A stretch of 32,618 nt of DNA from Neisseriaceae bacterium (GTDB lineage Bacteria; Pseudomonadota; Gammaproteobacteria; Burkholderiales; UBA11063). This document shows, piece after piece, positions 29,817 to 32,618 of the stretch (positions are counted from its first letter, which is position 1; each line of letters starts with the position of its first letter). The notes below the pieces were generated by a model. It ran no database searches. It was not told the DNA's origin and worked only from the letters and a program-made list of their open reading frames with translations. Both the position numbers and the translations under genes were made by a program. The stretch lies in the NCBI GenBank assembly GCA_947441745.1, contig CANEUJ010000001.1:1-32618 (forward strand). Direction: 5' to 3'.

Positions 29817-29904
29817 ACCTAGCAACGTACCCACACGAACCTGATGTGATATGTTAAAATAACGAATCTATAAATAATTTACACTACTAAAAAGGAATTA
29901 AATT

Positions 29905-30918
29905 ATGGCAATAAAAATTGCAATTAATGGTTATGGCAGGATCGGCCGTTGTGTATTACGAGCTTTGTTTGAGTCTAAGCGTACTCAAGATATCGAATTA
30001 GTAGCTATAAATAACCTAGGTGGTAATATTCCAATTAATGCACATATTACTCAACATGACTCAGTACACGGTTATTTTAGTGCCAAAGTAGAATACGATA
30101 ACGAACACCTGATAGTTGATGGGCATAAAATCAAATTCCTAGAACAACGTGATCCAAAATTACTCCCATGGGAAGAGCTAGGAGTAGACGTTGTTCTTGA
30201 GTGTTCAGGTGTATTTACTTCTAAAGAAAAAGCTAGTGGCCATTTGGTTGCTGGAGCAAAAAAAGTTATTATTTCAGCACCTGGTGGAGACGATGTTGAT
30301 GCAACCGTAGTATACGGTGTAAATCACGATATCTTAACTAAAGATATGACTGTAATCTCTAATGCTTCTTGTACTACTAATTGCCTAGCACCTGTTGCAC
30401 AAGTACTTAACGAACTAGTTGGAATTGAAAATGGCTTAATGACTACTATTCACTCTTTCACTAGTGATCAGGTATTACTAGATAACTACCATAGTGATAT
30501 GCATAGAGCAAGAGCTGCAACTATGTCAATGATTCCAACTAAAACTGGAGCGGCAAAAGCTGTAGGTCTTGTATTACCAGAACTAAAAGGCAAGCTTGAC
30601 GGTCTAGCTGTTAGGGTTCCAACACCCAATGTATCATTAGTTGATCTGGTGTTTAGTGCCAAACGCGATACTACGGTTGAAGAAATTAATAAAGCAATTA
30701 TTGAAGCTGCACACAGTCGTCTAAAAGGTGTTTTACAAGTAAATAATCTACCTTTAGTGTCTATTGATTTTAATCATAACCCGCATTCCTCTATTTTTGA
30801 TGCAACCCAAACAAGGGTATCAGGTAGACTTGTAAAAGTATTTAGCTGGTATGATAATGAATGGGGCTTTTCTAATCGTATGCTTGATAATGTAATAGCT
30901 TTAACTAACGCCAAATAA
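29905..30918 (+). CDS. gap: Type I glyceraldehyde-3-phosphate dehydrogenase
   Basis: [49 protein letters not shown]. Confidence 0.96.
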   Translation: MAIKIAINGYGRIGRCVLRALFESKRTQDIELVAINNLGGNIPINAHITQHDSVHGYFSAKVEYDNEHLIVDGHKIKFLEQRDPKLLPWEELGVDVVLECSGVFTSKEKASGHLVAGAKKVIISAPGGDDVDATVVYGVNHDILTKDMTVISNASCTTNCLAPVAQVLNELVGIENGLMTTIHSFTSDQVLLDNYHSDMHRARAATMSMIPTKTGAAKAVGLVLPELKGKLDGLAVRVPTPNVSLVDLVFSAKRDTTVEEINKAIIEAAHSRLKGVLQVNNLPLVSIDFNHNPHSSIFDATQTRVSGRLVKVFSWYDNEWGFSNRMLDNVIALTNAK

Positions 30919-30930
30919 AGGATTTTAAAT

Positions 30931-32370
30931 ATGTATGCACCACTACCAAATATGGTTAAGAAAACAAAAATTATTGCAACTATGGGGCCAGCCTCATCCG
31001 ACCCTAAGGTTATTGAAGAACTCATTAATAGTGGTGTTGATTTATTTCGAATCAATTTCTCACACGGTAAAAAAGAGTCTCACCAAGAAAACATCGCCAA
31101 TATCCGTAAAATAGCTGATGAACTTAATAAACCCATTGCAATTCTAGGTGATTTACAAGGCCCTAAAATTCGTGTTGCTAAATTTGCTGACGGCAAAATA
31201 ACTCTTAAACTCAACCAAAAATTAATTCTTGATTGTAGTTATACTGAACTTGGTAATGACAAAATAGTTGGGGTTGATTATGCTGATCTCGCTAAAGATG
31301 TATTTAAAGACGATACCTTACTTCTTGATGATGGAAAAATTGCATTTAAAGTTGAAAAAGTAGTTGGCGAACAAGTTCATTGTATTGTAATCCAAGCTGG
31401 CGTACTAAGTAATAACAAAGGCATTAATAAACTAGGTGGTGGATTAACTGCCCCAGCTCTAACTACCAAAGATTTTGCTGATATTCAGTTTGCAGCTGAA
31501 GCAAAACTTGATTACCTAGCGGTATCATTTGTTCGTGATGCAACAGACCTTATCCTAACACGCACATTACTAGCTACGCATAGTGGCAACTGTGCTATTA
31601 TTGCTAAAATTGAAAGGGTTGAAGCAATAACCAATCTTGACAATATTGTGAAAGAATCTGATGGAATAATGGTTGCTCGTGGAGATTTAGCCGTTGAAGT
31701 TGGTGACGCTCAAGTACCAGCGTTACAAAAAAGAATGATTAAATGTGCTCAGAAACATCATAAATTAAGTATAGTTGCAACTCAAATGCTAGAGTCAATG
31801 ATTACTAGTCCCGTAGCAACTAGAGCTGAAATATCTGATATTGCTAATGCAGTACTAGATGGAACTGATGCGGTAATGTTATCTGCTGAAACAGCAAGCG
31901 GTGCATACCCAGTTAATGCAGTATCAACTATGGCTCGTACCTGTATAGAAGCAGAAAAAAACCGCAATACTAATATAGACCTAAACTTTAGCGGTCAAAA
32001 GTTTGAGTATATAGACCAAGCAATTGCTATGTCGGCATTATTTAGCAGCTATCATCTCCAGGCTCGTGCTATTGTATCTCTTACTACATCTGGGGTAACA
32101 GCACTATGGCTATCTCGTGTAAATAGTGGTATCCCAGTATATGCAATTACGGACTCCAAAAAAGCCGCTCAATTAATGGCATTATACCGTGATGTGCACC
32201 CTATATACGTCTCTGGAAAGACCAAAAATCTTGAAGAGATGATTGATTATGCTAAAGATACTCTTATTAAATCTGGGTTAATAAAAACTGGAGATACTGT
32301 ATTACTTACTACAGGTAATCATATTCATCAAGTTGGTGGCACTAATACTATGAAAATCGTCAAGTGGTAA
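30931..32370 (+). CDS. pyk: Pyruvate kinase
   Basis: KTKIIATMGPAS, RINFSHG, DLQGPKIR, AKIER, MVARGDL, ATQMLESM, DGTDAVMLSAET. Confidence 0.97.
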   Translation: MYAPLPNMVKKTKIIATMGPASSDPKVIEELINSGVDLFRINFSHGKKESHQENIANIRKIADELNKPIAILGDLQGPKIRVAKFADGKITLKLNQKLILDCSYTELGNDKIVGVDYADLAKDVFKDDTLLLDDGKIAFKVEKVVGEQVHCIVIQAGVLSNNKGINKLGGGLTAPALTTKDFADIQFAAEAKLDYLAVSFVRDATDLILTRTLLATHSGNCAIIAKIERVEAITNLDNIVKESDGIMVARGDLAVEVGDAQVPALQKRMIKCAQKHHKLSIVATQMLESMITSPVATRAEISDIANAVLDGTDAVMLSAETASGAYPVNAVSTMARTCIEAEKNRNTNIDLNFSGQKFEYIDQAIAMSALFSSYHLQARAIVSLTTSGVTALWLSRVNSGIPVYAITDSKKAAQLMALYRDVHPIYVSGKTKNLEEMIDYAKDTLIKSGLIKTGDTVLLTTGNHIHQVGGTNTMKIVKW

Positions 32371-32386
32371 TATAACTTACATACAC

Positions 32387-32408
32387 ACGCCCTGCTAATG
32401 CAGGGTGT
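32387..32408 (+). terminator. GC-rich hairpin after pyk (3' stabiliser or atypical terminator)
   Basis: ACGCCCTGC-TAAT-GCAGGGTGT forms a 9-bp stem with one G-U pair; no U-tract follows. Confidence 0.45.
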
Positions 32409-32618
32409 ACTCTAACATCTATTCAATAAAAACTCTCTAACACTATTTTACTTCATAAAAAATAAGATATTCCCTAAAGTTTTTGCCTACCATTCTAGGG
32501 GCTATTAAATACTTGATGGCATATGCTTAAATGACATATGCATTAAATAATTTTTTGAACCCGATATAAAATAAGTATGATATTAATTAAATCATAATAA
32601 ATTTTAAATTATTTTGTA

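Noticed and set aside
29905-30918. Erythrose-4-phosphate dehydrogenase (epd)
   Set aside because: It has the Gap-type [11 protein letters not shown] rather than the Epd-type IPVDTKLA motif.
32469-32501. Third copy of the dispersed element (CCCTAAA...GCCTAC)
   Set aside because: Only two short words match and the central stem is missing, which is compatible with chance.

Overview
AT-rich, gene-dense housekeeping region of a bacterial chromosome. The backbone proteins (PyrG, KdsA, Eno, MurJ, DnaG, NrdA, Gap, DUF1841) look betaproteobacterial, most like a low-GC Neisseriales lineage; this is inference from protein resemblance, not a database result. Gene order: trmB(+); thrA-thrB-thrC(-); DUF1841-tatD-nusB-dnaG(+); alpha/beta hydrolase and a small membrane ORFan(+); an ~18 kb minus-strand run nrdA-lysA-hemL-nagA-yceI-S49 peptidase-patatin-cytochrome b561-murJ-pyrG-kdsA-eno-ornithine cyclodeaminase-arginase-BON lipoprotein; ylqF(+); a truncated DUF1016/YhcG fragment; gap-pyk(+). 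I saw no rRNA, tRNA, CRISPR array, transposase or prophage. The most notable non-coding signal is a dispersed, structured ~80-90 bp element present twice (61-152 and 25190-25266). It has conserved blocks, a stem that pairs through G-U only on the minus strand, a GTAG-led end, and a 41-bp tandem amplification of one end at the window start. Other points: Bacteroidetes-like thrABC and lysA, a GAPDH with an NADP-type signature, an apparent ATA start codon, tandem NrdR boxes, and an Arg->Orn->Pro cassette after eno. I cannot support a complete new multi-gene system here; the repeat element is the best lead.
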